Under the pieces are notes generated by a model. The model ran no database searches. It was not told the origin of the DNA and saw nothing but the letters and a program-made list of their open reading frames with translations. A DNA stretch of 32,000 nt. Origin: Longivirga aurantiaca (GTDB lineage Bacteria > Actinomycetota > Actinomycetes > S36-B12 > CAIYMF01). The position numbers were made by a program, and so were the translations under genes. Positions 31,755-32,000 of the stretch are shown here, in pieces (position 1 is the first letter of the stretch; the number at the start of each line of letters is the position of its first letter). The stretch is taken from contig NZ_JBHSTI010000008.1 in the NCBI RefSeq assembly GCF_042660085.1, positions 2,175,604 through 2,207,603 on the forward strand, given 5' to 3'.

Positions 31755-32000
31755 TCAGTGGCCGAGCAGGCGGTCGTCGCTGCCGCGGGGGCCGCCGAGC
31801 GGCGTGCCGGCGGCGATGGTCGGCTCGAAGTCGAAGACCACGGCGTTGTCCTCCGGGCCGATGACGACCGTGGCACCGGGAACCGCGCCGAGCTCGAGGA
31901 GCTTGTCCTCGACGCCGAGGCGCGCGAGGCGGTCGGCGAGATAGCCCACGGCCTCGTCGTTGGAGAAGTCCGTCTGGCGCACCCATCGCTGCGGGCGCTC
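31755..32000 (-). CDS. obgE: GTPase ObgE/CgtA, C-terminal (OCT) part, truncated by window edge
   Basis: ...[60 protein letters not shown]: Obg C-terminal domain, upstream of proB as expected. Confidence 0.93.
   Translation of the reverse strand, partial: ERPQRWVRQTDFSNDEAVGYLADRLARLGVEDKLLELGAVPGATVVIGPEDNAVVFDFEPTIAAGTPLGGPRGSDDRLLGH

Overview
High-GC actinobacterial (Cellulomonas-like) chromosomal window, mostly minus-strand coding. Both ends hold housekeeping genes: plsY-like, degV-like and leuS on the left; tRNA-Ala(GGC), histidine phosphatase, rsfS, LytR_C/LCP-like, nadD, proA, proB and obgE on the right. Between leuS and tRNA-Ala lies about 19 kb that looks accessory. It holds (i) an operon-like run with a Cys-type sulfatase (CSPTR), a full-length radical-SAM/SPASM anaerobic sulfatase maturase (anSME-like) and a methyltransferase; (ii) an ATGA-overlapping pair resembling hydroxylysine kinase (HYKK) and a PHYKPL/ETNPPL-type class-III PLP phospho-lyase, plus an SGNH hydrolase; (iii) a CPA antiporter with a C-terminal TrkA-C-like region; and (iv) a second sulfatase locus: SulP transporter, an in-frame internally deleted anSME ORF, a 967-aa sulfatase with an N-terminal DUF1269-like glycine-rich domain, a lipoprotein, a small membrane protein, a SHOCT-like small protein and a second SulP. 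The most unusual features are the shortened maturase overlapping the composite sulfatase, the lack of signal peptides on both sulfatases and their setting among SulP carriers, and several strong inverted repeats, including a possible leuS leader attenuator and a mutually exclusive hairpin element between convergent genes near the right end. I saw no CRISPR array, transposase, integrase or phage genes.
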